Shown here in pieces: positions 1-9,797 of a stretch of DNA of 64,000 nt. Position numbers and translations under genes: made by a program. The stretch comes from Dehalococcoidia bacterium. GTDB lineage: Bacteria; Chloroflexota; Dehalococcoidia; Lucifugimonadales; UBA3495. The DNA is taken from assembly GCA_965197655.1 (NCBI GenBank), contig OZ240220.1, forward strand, positions 804,412 through 868,411, written 5' to 3'. The notes under the pieces were generated by a model. The model was not told the origin of the DNA and ran no database searches. It saw nothing but the letters and a program-made list of their open reading frames with translations. The number at the start of each line of letters is the position of its first letter. Positions within the stretch are counted from its first letter, which is position 1.

Positions 1-743
1 GCGTCAACCACGTGAACGGGCTTTGTTTCGACGTTTCCGGCAACCTGTTCGGCTGCCAGCAGGGAGGGCGGCGCATCGTCCGGTTTGAGCAGGCAGGCAA
101 GACAATCACTTCGCTGCCGCACCGGCTGGACGGCAAACGGCACAACAACCCCAACGACCTGGTGGTGGACCGTTCCGGCCGAATCTGGTTTACCGACCCG
201 TACAGCGGCATCGGGGACAGCGGGCCGCAGGAACTGGACCATATGTCGGTGCTGCGGCTGGACCCGACTGGCGACGACCAGTATGAGTTGAAACGGGCCA
301 CCACCGACATCAGCCGGCCCAACGGAATCCTGATTTCCCGGGACCAGAAGACGCTGTACGTGGCGCAGAGTGACTATGGGCTGGACCGACTAAGGGAACT
401 GCGGGCCTATCCAATCAACGACGACGGGTCGTTGGGCGATTACGAAGCTCTGCACACCTTCGGGGTGGACCACCGGGGCGCACAGCGGGGTGTGGACGGG
501 ATGACCCTGGACACCGACGGGAACATCATCGCCTGCGCCGGCTGGGAGACTGCGGGCCCGGGGCCTATGATCTACGTGTTCTCTCCCGCCGGGAGGGTGC
601 TGGAAACCCACCCCATCCGCGCCGAGCGGGCGACCAACTGCTGCTTCGGGGACGCGGACCTGAAGACGCTGTACGTCACCACGGGCGGCGGGCACCTGTT
701 CCGGGCGCGGACGGACCATACCGGTTGGATTATGTGGCCGTAG
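1..743 (+). CDS. SMP-30/gluconolactonase/LRE-like beta-propeller protein (5' end outside window)
   Basis: The frame is open from the window edge. Motifs NPNDLVVDRSGRIWFTDP, PNGILISRDQKTLYVAQS, DGMTLDTDGNI and TNCCFGDADLKTLYVTT are typical of gluconolactonase/SMP-30 propellers. Confidence 0.8.
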   Translation, partial: VNHVNGLCFDVSGNLFGCQQGGRRIVRFEQAGKTITSLPHRLDGKRHNNPNDLVVDRSGRIWFTDPYSGIGDSGPQELDHMSVLRLDPTGDDQYELKRATTDISRPNGILISRDQKTLYVAQSDYGLDRLRELRAYPINDDGSLGDYEALHTFGVDHRGAQRGVDGMTLDTDGNIIACAGWETAGPGPMIYVFSPAGRVLETHPIRAERATNCCFGDADLKTLYVTTGGGHLFRARTDHTGWIMWP

Positions 744-887
744 TTTCTTCAATCCACGAATAGACACGAATGAGCACAATAATATTTGATGGCTGCGTGG
801 GGGAGCAGATTGGCATTCCTTCGCAAGCCAGTCATCCAAGCAACCAACTCCATTAGTGAACATTCGTGCCCATTCGTGGATAAAAAC

Positions 888-1841
888 CTACCACTCCATT
901 TCCATGCCCAGACCCCTGGACTTGGCTTGGTCGTGGGCCAGCTTGGCGGCGGCTACGTCGGCTACCCCGGTGCCCATCAGTTTGGCATAGACTATCTGCT
1001 CCGGGTTATCTCGGCCACTGACTGCGCCGGTTACTACGTGGCGCAGTTCCTGTAGTCGGCTCCACTGCAATATGCCCCGGTCAACGGCGCTGGCCATATC
1101 CCCGGCCTCTGATTGGGCCTGTTCTGCCGAATCAACGAATATCTTGTCAGCCCGGGCAAAGGTGGCGTCATCCACTTCTCTGACCCGCCAGGTGGTGGGG
1201 CCGGCGCCAATCACTGTTGCCCCCGGCGAAAGCCATTCGCCCTCCAGCACCGGGTCCATAACGGCGGCGATGCAGATAACTATATCGCTGCCGGCCACGG
1301 CGGTTTCACTATCGTCAACTGATTCCACTTCCAGCCCCAGGGAGTTGGTCATAGCCTGGGCAAAGGCATCCCGGCGCTCCGCTGTACGGCTGAAAGCCTT
1401 GACTTTCTTGATGTCGCGCACCTTGCATACCGCCTCCAACTGGGCCGGGGCCTGGTAGCCGGTGCCGATGATGCCCACGGTGGCCGCGTCGGGCTTGGAA
1501 AGGTGCTTGACCGCTATGCCGGTGGTGGCTCCGGTGCGCAGTTGACCCAGCCGATTGGCCTGGGTGTAGCACATCAGCTCGCCGGTGTCTGCATCGTAGA
1601 TGCTGACCTGGAAGGAATACTTGCCCTTGACCACCGTATAGGTCTTGACGCCCAGGATGTTGTCATAGAACAGGCCGCCGCCCATCACCGAGAGCATCCC
1701 GCCAGGGCCGATAATCTTGCGCCGGGTCAGGTTCATTACCTCGCCCTGACCGAAATGCCGCTGCATCTCCTCGATAGCGTCCAGCATTTCGTCCATTGAA
1801 ACCGCTTGGTTGACCTCATCGTCCCGGAGAAACAGGGCCAT
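888..1841 (-). CDS. ornithine cyclodeaminase/mu-crystallin family protein
   Basis: 317-aa ORF with the family-typical N-terminus (LRDDEV...MDEMLDAIEE) and Rossmann motif GIIGTGYQAPAQLEA. An RBS-like GAGGTAG lies upstream. Confidence 0.85.
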   Translation of the reverse strand: MALFLRDDEVNQAVSMDEMLDAIEEMQRHFGQGEVMNLTRRKIIGPGGMLSVMGGGLFYDNILGVKTYTVVKGKYSFQVSIYDADTGELMCYTQANRLGQLRTGATTGIAVKHLSKPDAATVGIIGTGYQAPAQLEAVCKVRDIKKVKAFSRTAERRDAFAQAMTNSLGLEVESVDDSETAVAGSDIVICIAAVMDPVLEGEWLSPGATVIGAGPTTWRVREVDDATFARADKIFVDSAEQAQSEAGDMASAVDRGILQWSRLQELRHVVTGAVSGRDNPEQIVYAKLMGTGVADVAAAKLAHDQAKSRGLGMEMEW

Positions 1842-1977
1842 AGCTATCTACCTCAATTCTTCAAGTCTGGAATTAACCCGCATAGTGTACCCGCCCCGGC
1901 CAACTCTGGCAAAGCCCCGACATAATCAATCCACGAAGAGACACGAAGGTTCACGAAGGAAATATAAAGAGACAAGC

Positions 1978-2011
<34 letters not shown>

Positions 2012-2021
2012 AGAGGAAATA

Positions 2022-3563
2022 TTAGTCGCCGCCGCTGGCTTGGGGCGCCGGGGCAGCCCTGGGCGGGGCCTGGCTGGCCGAGGGCGTTCGTTGGAACATT
2101 GCTACGATGCTGCCGGAAATCATTATCCACACTACGGCCAGCGCGGAAATCTGGAATCCACCGAGGTAATAGGGCCGGGCCTCAGTCGCGGTCAACAAGT
2201 CAATGGTCGCCGGCAGGGCCAATCCCAGCACCGTGGCGCTTACCGTAGTCCCCACCGAGTGGCCCATTTGCCGCGTGGTTTCCAGCATCCCGGAGGCAAA
2301 ACTCCGGTTCTCCGGCAGGGTGTTCATCACTGTGGCGTTATTCGGTGAGTTGAACAAGTTGGAACCAATGGCTATCGGCAACAGCATCACCGGCAACATA
2401 TAGATGGGTACGTTGTCTGCAAAGAATCCAGCCAGAAAGAACCCCGCTGCGATAAGCAGGAGCGAACTGGGCCGGAGCCAGCGCGGGTTATACCGGTCGT
2501 GAATCCAGCCGCCTAGGGTAGGCAGGAAAAGCCCCATAAACTGGTTGGGCAACAGGACCAGGGCCACAAATATGGGCGCTTGACCCAAGCCGTTCTCCAC
2601 CAGAATCGGTATCAGGGTCGTTACCGCCAGCATCGACAGGTGGAAGGTGGTGTTGGTGAACAAGGCCATCGAGAAATACTTCTGCTTGAAGTAACGGAAG
2701 TCCACGAAAGGGTCGGCGCTCCGCTGCTGTATGATGAAGAACAGGGCCAGACAGGCCAAAAACAGCAAGTGCATCGGTATATGGTAGCTCAAAGCGTCCG
2801 GCGTGGTGAAAGACTCTGCTCCCTCATGGATGTGCAACCCGGACAGGATGAAGGTTCCCAGGGTGGCTATCATCAGCACCGCGCCGAAGTAGTTGATCGG
2901 AACTTGCTTAACTTCTTCGGTCATCTGCTGGGCATGGTATTTCAGCAGCGGGAGACTGCACCAGATAGCCAGCAATCCGATGGGCAGGGCGGTAAGAAAT
3001 ACCAGCCGCCAGCCCCATTGCAAACTGAAGAATTGCAGGAAAACCCCGAACAAACCCAGGCCGATTAGCGTTCCGAACCGGGCTGCCACCACCGGAACCG
3101 CAAAGGCGCGTCCCCGTTCTTCCGCCGGGAACACCATCGCCAGGATGGCATTGGAGTTGGCCGTAATCAGGGCGCCGCCGAGGCCCACAACGCCGCTCCA
3201 GAGAATCAACTGGGTTGGCGTGAAAGAGGTGGCGGACAGGACACTGGCTACGGAGAGGAGAATTGCCCCAGTGAAATAGACGCGAACGTGGCCGAACTTC
3301 TGTCCCAGCCGGGCTGCCAGGAAGACCGTGCTGCCCAACATCAGCAGCCGGATTACCACCATCCAGGCTGCTTGGGCCACGTCTATTTCAAAGTGGCGGG
3401 CCACTGATGGGATGACCAGCGCAATCGGCATACTGGAGAGCTGCACCAGCAATTGAGTGGCGGCCAGGCCGATCATCGTTTCCCGGCGCTGCCGGTCACT
3501 ACCCAATTCCCGGAAATTGCCAATTACATTGAGCCGGCGAAGGACTAAAAGAACAAGGTCCAA
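2022..3563 (-). CDS. MFS transporter (about 14 TM, DHA2-like)
   Basis: 513-aa ORF that is hydrophobic throughout, with many predicted TM helices. The exact start is uncertain; an internal Met at MIGLAATQ is possible. Confidence 0.8.
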   Translation of the reverse strand: MDLVLLVLRRLNVIGNFRELGSDRQRRETMIGLAATQLLVQLSSMPIALVIPSVARHFEIDVAQAAWMVVIRLLMLGSTVFLAARLGQKFGHVRVYFTGAILLSVASVLSATSFTPTQLILWSGVVGLGGALITANSNAILAMVFPAEERGRAFAVPVVAARFGTLIGLGLFGVFLQFFSLQWGWRLVFLTALPIGLLAIWCSLPLLKYHAQQMTEEVKQVPINYFGAVLMIATLGTFILSGLHIHEGAESFTTPDALSYHIPMHLLFLACLALFFIIQQRSADPFVDFRYFKQKYFSMALFTNTTFHLSMLAVTTLIPILVENGLGQAPIFVALVLLPNQFMGLFLPTLGGWIHDRYNPRWLRPSSLLLIAAGFFLAGFFADNVPIYMLPVMLLPIAIGSNLFNSPNNATVMNTLPENRSFASGMLETTRQMGHSVGTTVSATVLGLALPATIDLLTATEARPYYLGGFQISALAVVWIMISGSIVAMFQRTPSASQAPPRAAPAPQASGGD

Positions 3564-3641
3564 CGGGTCTCCTTAACGGTCTATCCCCGCGTGGGCGGCT
3601 TATAGGGGGAGGTATTCAGCATTTCAGATAGGAGTTACTTG

Positions 3642-3777
3642 GTGGTATGTCACTCTGAGCGTGGTATGTCATCCTGAGCGCAGCGAAGGATCTAAAATGC
3701 CTGGCTGCTGCCTCCTTCCGGTTCCGGTAGAGTCTCTCCTGGCCGGAGTTTGGATTCTTCACTCCGTTCAGAATGAC
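3642..3777. repeat. PAL-2 element (GTCAYYCTGAGCG...GAAGGATC / GGATTCTTC...CAGAATGAC), left arm tandemly duplicated
   Basis: GTGGTATGTCACTCTGAGC plus GTGGTATGTCATCCTGAGCG, then the right arm GGATTCTTCACTCCGTTCAGAATGAC. Confidence 0.8.
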
Positions 3778-3883
3778 ATACTAACTGCGTAACTTCTGTC
3801 CTAAATACTTACCCTTGTCAGCGTCTGGGCGGGGGAACCCGACTGGAATTTGCTAGGGCGCCCGCCAGCTAATTTTCGGCCAG

Positions 3884-4126
3884 CTACTTTCTGAAGAATA
3901 CCCGGTTCTTCTGGATGTACTCCCGCATGGTAGCGGGAACGGTGAACTCATCGAATATAGCATTCACCGGGCAGGCCGATTCGCAGTAGGCGCAGTCGAT
4001 GCAGTCGTCAGGGTTTATGAAAAACATCGGTTCGTCGTCGCCGGTGTGGATACAATCTACCGGACAGACCTCTACGCAGGATGCATCTTTGACCCCGATA
4101 CAGGGTTCAGTAATAACAAAAGCCAT
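3884..4126 (-). CDS. ferredoxin (7Fe/2x[4Fe-4S]-type)
   Basis: 80 aa with N-terminus MAFVITEPCIGVKDASCVEVCPVDCIH and a second cluster motif CIDCAYCESACPVNAI. Confidence 0.9.
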   Translation of the reverse strand: MAFVITEPCIGVKDASCVEVCPVDCIHTGDDEPMFFINPDDCIDCAYCESACPVNAIFDEFTVPATMREYIQKNRVFFRK

Positions 4127-4282
4127 TAGCCCTGTCCCTCCAAGTACGCAGAGGCAAAGATGGTTGCTTCGGCAATCGTCGGTTAGGTAACCGGCGCACC
4201 AACTCTAAATAATTGCGTCTAAATTATCGTGTCCGGCAAAAGTCATTCTCAAGATAGTTTAGTATTTTGTCAAGTGATATTG

Positions 4283-4296
4283 TATAATATATTATA
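4283..4296. promoter_or_regulatory. perfect 14-bp AT palindrome in the ferredoxin/LysR divergent intergenic region (candidate LTTR box)
   Basis: TATAATATATTATA is its own reverse complement. It lies 48 nt upstream of the LysR ATG in a 217-bp AT-rich divergent region. Confidence 0.35.
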
Positions 4297-4343
4297 TCCA
4301 TGTATTATATGCCTTAAACTAGCTTGAGGGTGGGCACGTTATT

Positions 4344-5306
4344 ATGGAACTGCGCGAGATTATCAGCTTTTACCATGTGGCGCGCTTGCACAGCGTTTCC
4401 AAGGCGGCTCGCAAGCTGGAACTGGGTCAACCTACGGTTACTACCCACTTGCGAAAACTTGAGGATGAGTTCGCCATAACTCTCTTTGACCGTATCAAGC
4501 GGCCAATTCAGTTAACCTCTGAAGGGTATATATTTTTAGAATTGATAACCCCGATAGTTGAATCCGTGGATACCCTCAAAACCCAGATGGACTATACGGA
4601 GCGAAGAGGCTCCCTCCATATTGGCGCCTATCCCGATTTGGTTACCCACCACCTGCCCAGACCGATTCAATCCTTCCTTGACTTTTACCCAGATGTCCGA
4701 TTGCAGCTTACGGCCCGCTCTTACCTGAACCTGATGCAGTTGGTTAAATCCGGGGAGATGGATCTGGCTTTATCTGCGCCCCCGCCCGCGGATGAACCCT
4801 CACTGGAGTTTTCCGAACTGTTCCGTTACCATGTCGTTTTGCTGACTCCGCCGGGGCACCAGCTTTTGCAGAAGCATCCCATCGACCTGCATGATATTGC
4901 CAATTGGCCGTTGATTCTTTCCAGCCCGGAGAGTTTGACTCGCCGCAACTTGGAGCAGGCTTTCAAGAATAACGGCATCAATTTTGACGTTGTGCTGGCG
5001 GTGGATCACGCCGAATCGGTCAAGCAGTACGTGGAGATTGGTATGGGCGTTGCCATCGGCAACGATTTTACGCTTCACCCGGAAGACCACGATAAGCTGG
5101 GAGTTGTTTCCCTGGAGCACATTTTCCCCTCCTCAGTCATCGGGGTCTGTACCCTGAAAGGCAAATTCCTGGGTCGAGCGGTACGCAATTTTATCGACAC
5201 TCTGGTCAAGCACCTGAGCGACTTTCACGTGCACCTGGACGAGTGGGAAACTCCCGTTGCTGAAGACCCGGCAAGCGCCAATGATCTGCTCCGGGTGAAA
5301 CGCTAA
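4344..5306 (+). CDS. LysR family transcriptional regulator
   Basis: N-terminal wHTH (FYHVARLHSVSKAARKLELGQPTVTTHLRKLEDEF) followed by a substrate-binding domain. It is divergent from the ferredoxin gene. Confidence 0.9.
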   Translation: MELREIISFYHVARLHSVSKAARKLELGQPTVTTHLRKLEDEFAITLFDRIKRPIQLTSEGYIFLELITPIVESVDTLKTQMDYTERRGSLHIGAYPDLVTHHLPRPIQSFLDFYPDVRLQLTARSYLNLMQLVKSGEMDLALSAPPPADEPSLEFSELFRYHVVLLTPPGHQLLQKHPIDLHDIANWPLILSSPESLTRRNLEQAFKNNGINFDVVLAVDHAESVKQYVEIGMGVAIGNDFTLHPEDHDKLGVVSLEHIFPSSVIGVCTLKGKFLGRAVRNFIDTLVKHLSDFHVHLDEWETPVAEDPASANDLLRVKR

Positions 5307-5344
5307 TCGCCTCCGGCCAAAGTCCGATTATCCTGCAGTACGCG

Positions 5345-5560
5345 TTATCCGCTTTCCGAAGCCTCGCCCACCGACTCCCGGCGCACTACCTCCCGCACCC
5401 GTCGTTCCAGATAAGGCCGGGGCAGCATCACGTAATGGCGGCACTTCAGGCACAGGATGCCAATGTCTGCGCCTAACCTGGTTACCCGCCAATGGTAACC
5501 GCCGCAGGGGTGCGCCTTCTTCATCCGTACTTCGTCGCCGACTTTCAGGTCTAGGGCCAT
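5345..5560 (-). CDS. DUF951 family small protein
   Basis: 71 aa; KVGDEVRMKKAHPCGGYHWRVTRLGADIGILCLKCRHYVMLPR matches my memory of the DUF951 pattern. Its start overlaps the pyrF stop by 10 nt. Confidence 0.7.
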   Translation of the reverse strand: MALDLKVGDEVRMKKAHPCGGYHWRVTRLGADIGILCLKCRHYVMLPRPYLERRVREVVRRESVGEASESG

Positions 5561-6387
5561 CCCTTTCCCTCGCCTTCCAGCGTTTGGTTGATGGCGTCAC
5601 GGAGCGTTGCCGTAGCCTGCCGGGCTGCCTGGGCAAAGTCGGCGCCGGCCGAAGCGTAAATTATGCCCCGTGAGGAGTTGATTATTGCCCGCCGCCCCTG
5701 GCGGTCAACTCCGTTGCGGACGGCGGCTTGCAAATCTCCGCCTTGCGCGCCCACGCCGGGAATGAGCAGGGGCATATCGGGGCAGATTCCCCGCACCGAG
5801 GCCAACTGCTCCGGTTCGGTGGCCCCGGCGACCAGTCCCAGATTCCCCTGCCCGTTCCACTCCAGAGAGGTCCGGGCCAAATGCTCATAGGCGCTCATCT
5901 TGCCATAGGGCGAGTCCACCTTTAGGTCTTGCAGGTCTGACGCGCCGGCAAAGGAACCGCGACACCACACAAATGCGCCCCGGCTCGCATCTTCCAGAAA
6001 GGGCTGTACCGTGTCCGCTCCGCCCCAGGGGTTGACCGTAACGGCGTCAAAACCCCAGACCTGGAACATGGCCCGGGCGTAGGCCGCTGCCGAGGGGCCA
6101 CCGTCACCGCGCTTGGCATCCCCGATAATCTGCGCCTGGGGCGCAACTTGGCGGATGTGTTGGATAGTCTGTTCCAGCGCCCGCAGGCCGGGCAGTCCCA
6201 ACGCTTCATAAAAGCTCAGGTTGGGCTTATAAGCGCAAACCAGGTCGGCGGTGGCCTCAACAATAGCCCGGTTAAACTCAAAGACGTCGGCCACCGGCTG
6301 CCGGCTTGGCTCCGGGTCCAGCCCCACGCAAACCAGGCTATGGTTGGTGTCACAGGCGCGTTCCAGGCTTTTCAGATAGGTGGACAT
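5551..6387 (-). CDS. pyrF: orotidine 5'-phosphate decarboxylase (type 2)
   Basis: Motifs LVCVGLDPEP, DAKRGD and the C-terminal IINSSRGIIYA. The start is set at the internal Met (MSTYLKSL) rather than at the ORF-track start. Confidence 0.85.
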   Translation of the reverse strand: MSTYLKSLERACDTNHSLVCVGLDPEPSRQPVADVFEFNRAIVEATADLVCAYKPNLSFYEALGLPGLRALEQTIQHIRQVAPQAQIIGDAKRGDGGPSAAAYARAMFQVWGFDAVTVNPWGGADTVQPFLEDASRGAFVWCRGSFAGASDLQDLKVDSPYGKMSAYEHLARTSLEWNGQGNLGLVAGATEPEQLASVRGICPDMPLLIPGVGAQGGDLQAAVRNGVDRQGRRAIINSSRGIIYASAGADFAQAARQATATLRDAINQTLEGEGKGWP

Positions 6388-6536
6388 AAATCTACCCCGG
6401 TAATTTCCTGACATTATAGCCCGGTGACCGTTCGGTTTGCTATCTGTCTCCGCCGCCGGTTTGCCAGGACTGTGCCAGGTTGCTACTATTAGCCAGCAGT
6501 AGCTACGCAGAACAACCAATTTTTATTGAGGCGGCA

Positions 6537-7229
6537 GTGAAGTTACACCCGGAACTGGTGGAAGCCCGTTTCCTGACTCGGCTTAACCGTTTTGCTGCCT
6601 TAATGGAGCTGGACGGCCGGGAAGTAATGGTGCACGTCGCCAATTCCGGGCGGCTGGGGGAACTGCTGGAACCTGGGCGTCGGATGTTGCTGGCCCCGGC
6701 CCCCGGCGAACACCGGAAAACTCAATTCGACCTGGCCCTGGTTGACCTGGATTCCACCCTGGTTTCCGCCGACGCCCGGCTGCCCAACGCGCTGGTAGCG
6801 GAGGCTTTGGCGCGAGGCTACTTGCCTCCCTTCGCCGGCTATCCGCAAGTACGCCGGGAAGTAACTTATGGGGAGAGCCGCCTGGACCTGATGCTGGAAG
6901 GTCCGGCCGGGCGGTGTTACCTGGAAACCAAGTCGGTGACCTTGGTGGTTGACCAAGGCGTCGCTCAGTTCCCCGATGCGCCGACTTCCCGCGGGGTTAA
7001 ACACCTGCGCACCCTGTCTCAAGCGGTGGCAGCAGGTCACCGGGCGGCGGCGGTGTTTGTGGTGCAACGCAGCGATGCCCGATCCCTTACTCCCCACTAT
7101 GCGGCAGACCCGGAGTTTAGCGCAGCCTTGCGGTCGGCCCATGCCGCTGGCGTGGAGGTTTACGCCTACCGCTGCCGAGTCACACCGGAGGAAATAAGAT
7201 TGGCCGACCCGATTCCGGTTAATTTGTGA
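6537..7229 (+). CDS. sfsA: sugar fermentation stimulation protein SfsA family
   Basis: ARFLTRLNRFAALMELDGREVMVHVANSGRLGELLEPG and later motifs are typical of SfsA. A GTG start at 6537 is preceded by GAGGCGG; the ORF-track start at 6480 is also possible. Confidence 0.8.
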   Translation: MKLHPELVEARFLTRLNRFAALMELDGREVMVHVANSGRLGELLEPGRRMLLAPAPGEHRKTQFDLALVDLDSTLVSADARLPNALVAEALARGYLPPFAGYPQVRREVTYGESRLDLMLEGPAGRCYLETKSVTLVVDQGVAQFPDAPTSRGVKHLRTLSQAVAAGHRAAAVFVVQRSDARSLTPHYAADPEFSAALRSAHAAGVEVYAYRCRVTPEEIRLADPIPVNL

Positions 7230-7239
7230 GAGAGGTAAA

Positions 7240-7926
7240 TTGACCCAACCGCCTGGAAACTTGAACCAGACCACTCTCCAGGAGGTTTACCGGCTCCTCT
7301 ACGATGCTTATGGGCCGCAGGACTGGTGGCCGGGGGACGGCCCCTTTGACGTGGTGGTTGGTGCCATCCTGACCCAGGCGGCATCCTGGAAAAACGTGGA
7401 GCTGGCTCTCCAGAATCTCAAGGAGGCCGATTGCTGGTCGTTTCCGGCCATCCACCGCTGCCCGCAAGAAGAACTGGCGGCAATAGTCCGCCCATCCGGG
7501 TATTTCAACGCCAAGGCCGCCAAACTGAAAGCTTTTGCCGCCCATGTGTTGCAAAATTATGGCGGTGACCTGTCCCTGTTGTTTGACCAGGACACCGGAA
7601 CGCTCCGCGCCGAGCTACTGTCCATCTACGGCATCGGCCCGGAAACTGCCGACGCTATTATGGTTTATGCGGCGGGTAAACCGTCCTTTGTAATTGACAC
7701 CTATACCATAAGGATTCTGAAGCGGCTGGGCATCTTGCCGGATAATGGAAAAGAGGGATACGGTGACTTCCAACAGATGTTTCACCAGCAACTGCCGCCG
7801 GATGTCGGCCGCTACAATGAGTTTCATGCCCTGTTGGACCACCACGCCGGAAAATCTTGTCGGAAGAGTCCGGCCTGCTCCGGCTGTTGTCTCCGGGAAG
7901 TATGCTTAATCGGCAGGGTCTCTTAG
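7240..7926 (+). CDS. endonuclease III-related HhH-GPD domain protein with C-terminal Fe-S Cys cluster
   Basis: HhH region (LLSIYGIGPETADAIMVYA) and C-terminal CRKSPACSGCCLREVC. Confidence 0.75.
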   Translation: MTQPPGNLNQTTLQEVYRLLYDAYGPQDWWPGDGPFDVVVGAILTQAASWKNVELALQNLKEADCWSFPAIHRCPQEELAAIVRPSGYFNAKAAKLKAFAAHVLQNYGGDLSLLFDQDTGTLRAELLSIYGIGPETADAIMVYAAGKPSFVIDTYTIRILKRLGILPDNGKEGYGDFQQMFHQQLPPDVGRYNEFHALLDHHAGKSCRKSPACSGCCLREVCLIGRVS

Positions 7927-7928
7927 TT

Positions 7929-8046
7929 GTCATTCTGAGGAGTGGAGCGACGAAGAATCCAAACTCTTTATTTACCGGCCATTTGCCCGGCGCTAGCAGC
8001 GGCTTTAGCTGAAGGATTTGGGATTCTTCGCTCCGCTCAGAATGAC
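7929..8046. repeat. PAL-2 element
   Basis: GTCATTCTGAGGAGTGGAGCGACGAAGAATCC ... GGATTCTTCGCTCCGCTCAGAATGAC. It starts 3 nt after the endonuclease III-like stop. Confidence 0.85.
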
Positions 8047-8115
8047 ACAGGAAGGCGTACCACAATAAAAATACCCTGGACTGACCGGAGTGGCAATTAA
8101 AGAAGGAGATTGATT

Positions 8116-8916
8116 ATGCCTACCGTTAAACTGGACGATACCCTGGAAATGTACTACGAGGATGACGATTACACCGACCCCTGGAGTCCCCGGGAGACCA
8201 TCGTACTGCACCACGGCAACGCCAAGAACGGACGCCTCTGGTATGCCTGGGTTCCGCTGCTGGCCCGCCAGTACCGGGTGGTGCGGCTGGACGCCCGGGG
8301 CTTTGGCCGGTCAACGGTGCCGCCGCCGGGTTACGATTGGTCGCTGCGCGGGTTCGCCGCCGACTTGCTGGGGTTGCTGGACTATCTGGAACTGGACAAG
8401 GTGCACCTGATTGGCGAGACCGTTGGCGGCACTGTCGCCCTACAGTTTGCCTATGAATATCCCGAGCGGCTGCATACCGTCACCACCTGCACCTCACCCT
8501 ACAAGTTCGTGGGTGCGCCCCAATACCTGGAAAATTACAACCTGATCAAGGCTGAGGGCATTGAGGCTTGGGTCCGGCAGACCGCCGACCGGCGGGTGTC
8601 CGGCCAATCCAACCCGGCCCACCACGAATGGTACGCTCAGCAAATGATGCAGGCTTCTCCCCAAGTGGTGATGGAAACCCTGGCTTATCTCTCCACCCAG
8701 GACTTGACCCCCATCCTGCCGCAAATTGCCACCCCGGCCCTGGTGTTGGTAGCTCAGGATAGCGACACCAACACCCCCGATCGGGCTTCGGGGATGGCCG
8801 GATTGCTGCCTAATTCCCGCCTGGTGGCAATCCCCAACGCCAGCGGCTACGTGCAGCACTCGGAGCCGGAGAAGTGCGTTGCGGCCTGGCGGGAGTTTAT
8901 CGGCAGCCTGGCCTAG
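8116..8916 (+). CDS. alpha/beta hydrolase
   Basis: Oxyanion region HHGNAKNGRLW and nucleophile elbow GETVGG. The ATG is preceded by AAGGAG. Confidence 0.8.
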   Translation: MPTVKLDDTLEMYYEDDDYTDPWSPRETIVLHHGNAKNGRLWYAWVPLLARQYRVVRLDARGFGRSTVPPPGYDWSLRGFAADLLGLLDYLELDKVHLIGETVGGTVALQFAYEYPERLHTVTTCTSPYKFVGAPQYLENYNLIKAEGIEAWVRQTADRRVSGQSNPAHHEWYAQQMMQASPQVVMETLAYLSTQDLTPILPQIATPALVLVAQDSDTNTPDRASGMAGLLPNSRLVAIPNASGYVQHSEPEKCVAAWREFIGSLA

Positions 8917-8971
8917 TATTCTCCCGTTCAGGAGAATGTCCCCGCACAATCCGGGCAATATCGGGGGACCA

Positions 8972-9118
8972 GGCTATCGCATTTGGAATCGGGAGAATCC
9001 GTCATTCCTGCGCAAGTCCATCATTCCTGCGAAAGCAGGAATCTGGCGGCGTCAGGGGCAGAGGTTTCTGCCTCCGCAGGAACGACGGATACCCTCCTCG
9101 ACTCCAAATGCGATTGCC
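8972..9118. repeat. PAL-1 nested palindromic element (outer IR GGCTATCGCATTTGGA / TCCAAATGCGATTGCC)
   Basis: Core arms are GTCATTCCTGCGAAAGCAGGAAT ... TTTCTGCCTCCGCAGGAACGACGG. Intergenic. Confidence 0.85.
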
Positions 9119-9227
9119 CTGTATTAGGGGATAGCCTGGCTTGCCAGCAAACCGGGCCGAGATTATCCTTATAGTGTGGCAGCGTTAGTTTTGGAAGCAG
9201 TATCGTTGCAATTGGGAGGGTTTGAAG

Positions 9228-9446
9228 ATGGCTGTGCGGAGAACCGCATACGCTTGCGTCAAGTGCAATAACAATAGCTACACCACCGATGAGTTTCGGG
9301 CCACCGGGGGCGGTTTCTCCCGGTTCTTTGACGTGCAGAACAAGAAATTCACCACCGTGTCCTGCTCGCAGTGTGGCTACACCGAAATCTACCGGGGCGA
9401 TACCTCCAAGCTGGGCAACGTCCTCGACTTCTTTGTGGGCGGCTAG
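9228..9446 (+). CDS. zinc-ribbon domain protein
   Basis: Two CxxC pairs (CVKCNN ... CSQCGY) in about 72 aa, with a GGGAGGG RBS upstream. Confidence 0.7.
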   Translation: MAVRRTAYACVKCNNNSYTTDEFRATGGGFSRFFDVQNKKFTTVSCSQCGYTEIYRGDTSKLGNVLDFFVGG

Positions 9447-9532
9447 ACAGCCGCGAGGCGCCTTTTGCGCATCTATCGATATTCCCGGTATATGTGTTGG
9501 GGTTCCCCATATCAATAAGGCTACTCTGGTAG

Positions 9533-9735
9533 GAGCGGGTTTGAAACCATCGGTTCCAACTAATGCGATTGCTCACCGCAAAAAGCAATCTTTCCGTCGT
9601 TCCTGCGAAGGCAGGAACCTAAAACCGTGAAGCCAGAGGTTCCTGCCTTCGCAGGAACGACGACTAAGGGTAAACCTACGGGCAAGGCGCTTGCAAGGCC
9701 AATTAGTTGGAACAGCTGGTTTGAAACCCGCCCCT
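9533..9735. repeat. PAL-1 element with GCGGGTTTGAAACC/GGTTCCAACTAAT outer module
   Basis: The core is CCGTCGTTCCTGCGAAGGCAGGAACC...GGTTCCTGCCTTCGCAGGAACGACG (9594..9662). Outer arms pair at 9533-9562 and 9700-9735. It lies between convergent genes. Confidence 0.85.
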
Positions 9736-9797
9736 CCGTTTTGGTTATACTAACCCGCCTCAGGAATACCCATTTATCGCCAGGCTCCTCGGGTCTG

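Noticed and set aside
4269-4290. TTGTCA ... TATAAT as a sigma70 promoter for the LysR gene
   Set aside because: The spacer is only 10 nt, so it is not a functional -35/-10 geometry. Only the AT-rich region and the palindrome are reported.
5328-5636. 102-aa minus-strand ORF overlapping the DUF951 gene and the pyrF 3' end
   Set aside because: It has an Arg/Pro-rich composition in an alternative frame of two genes that have recognisable family sequences.
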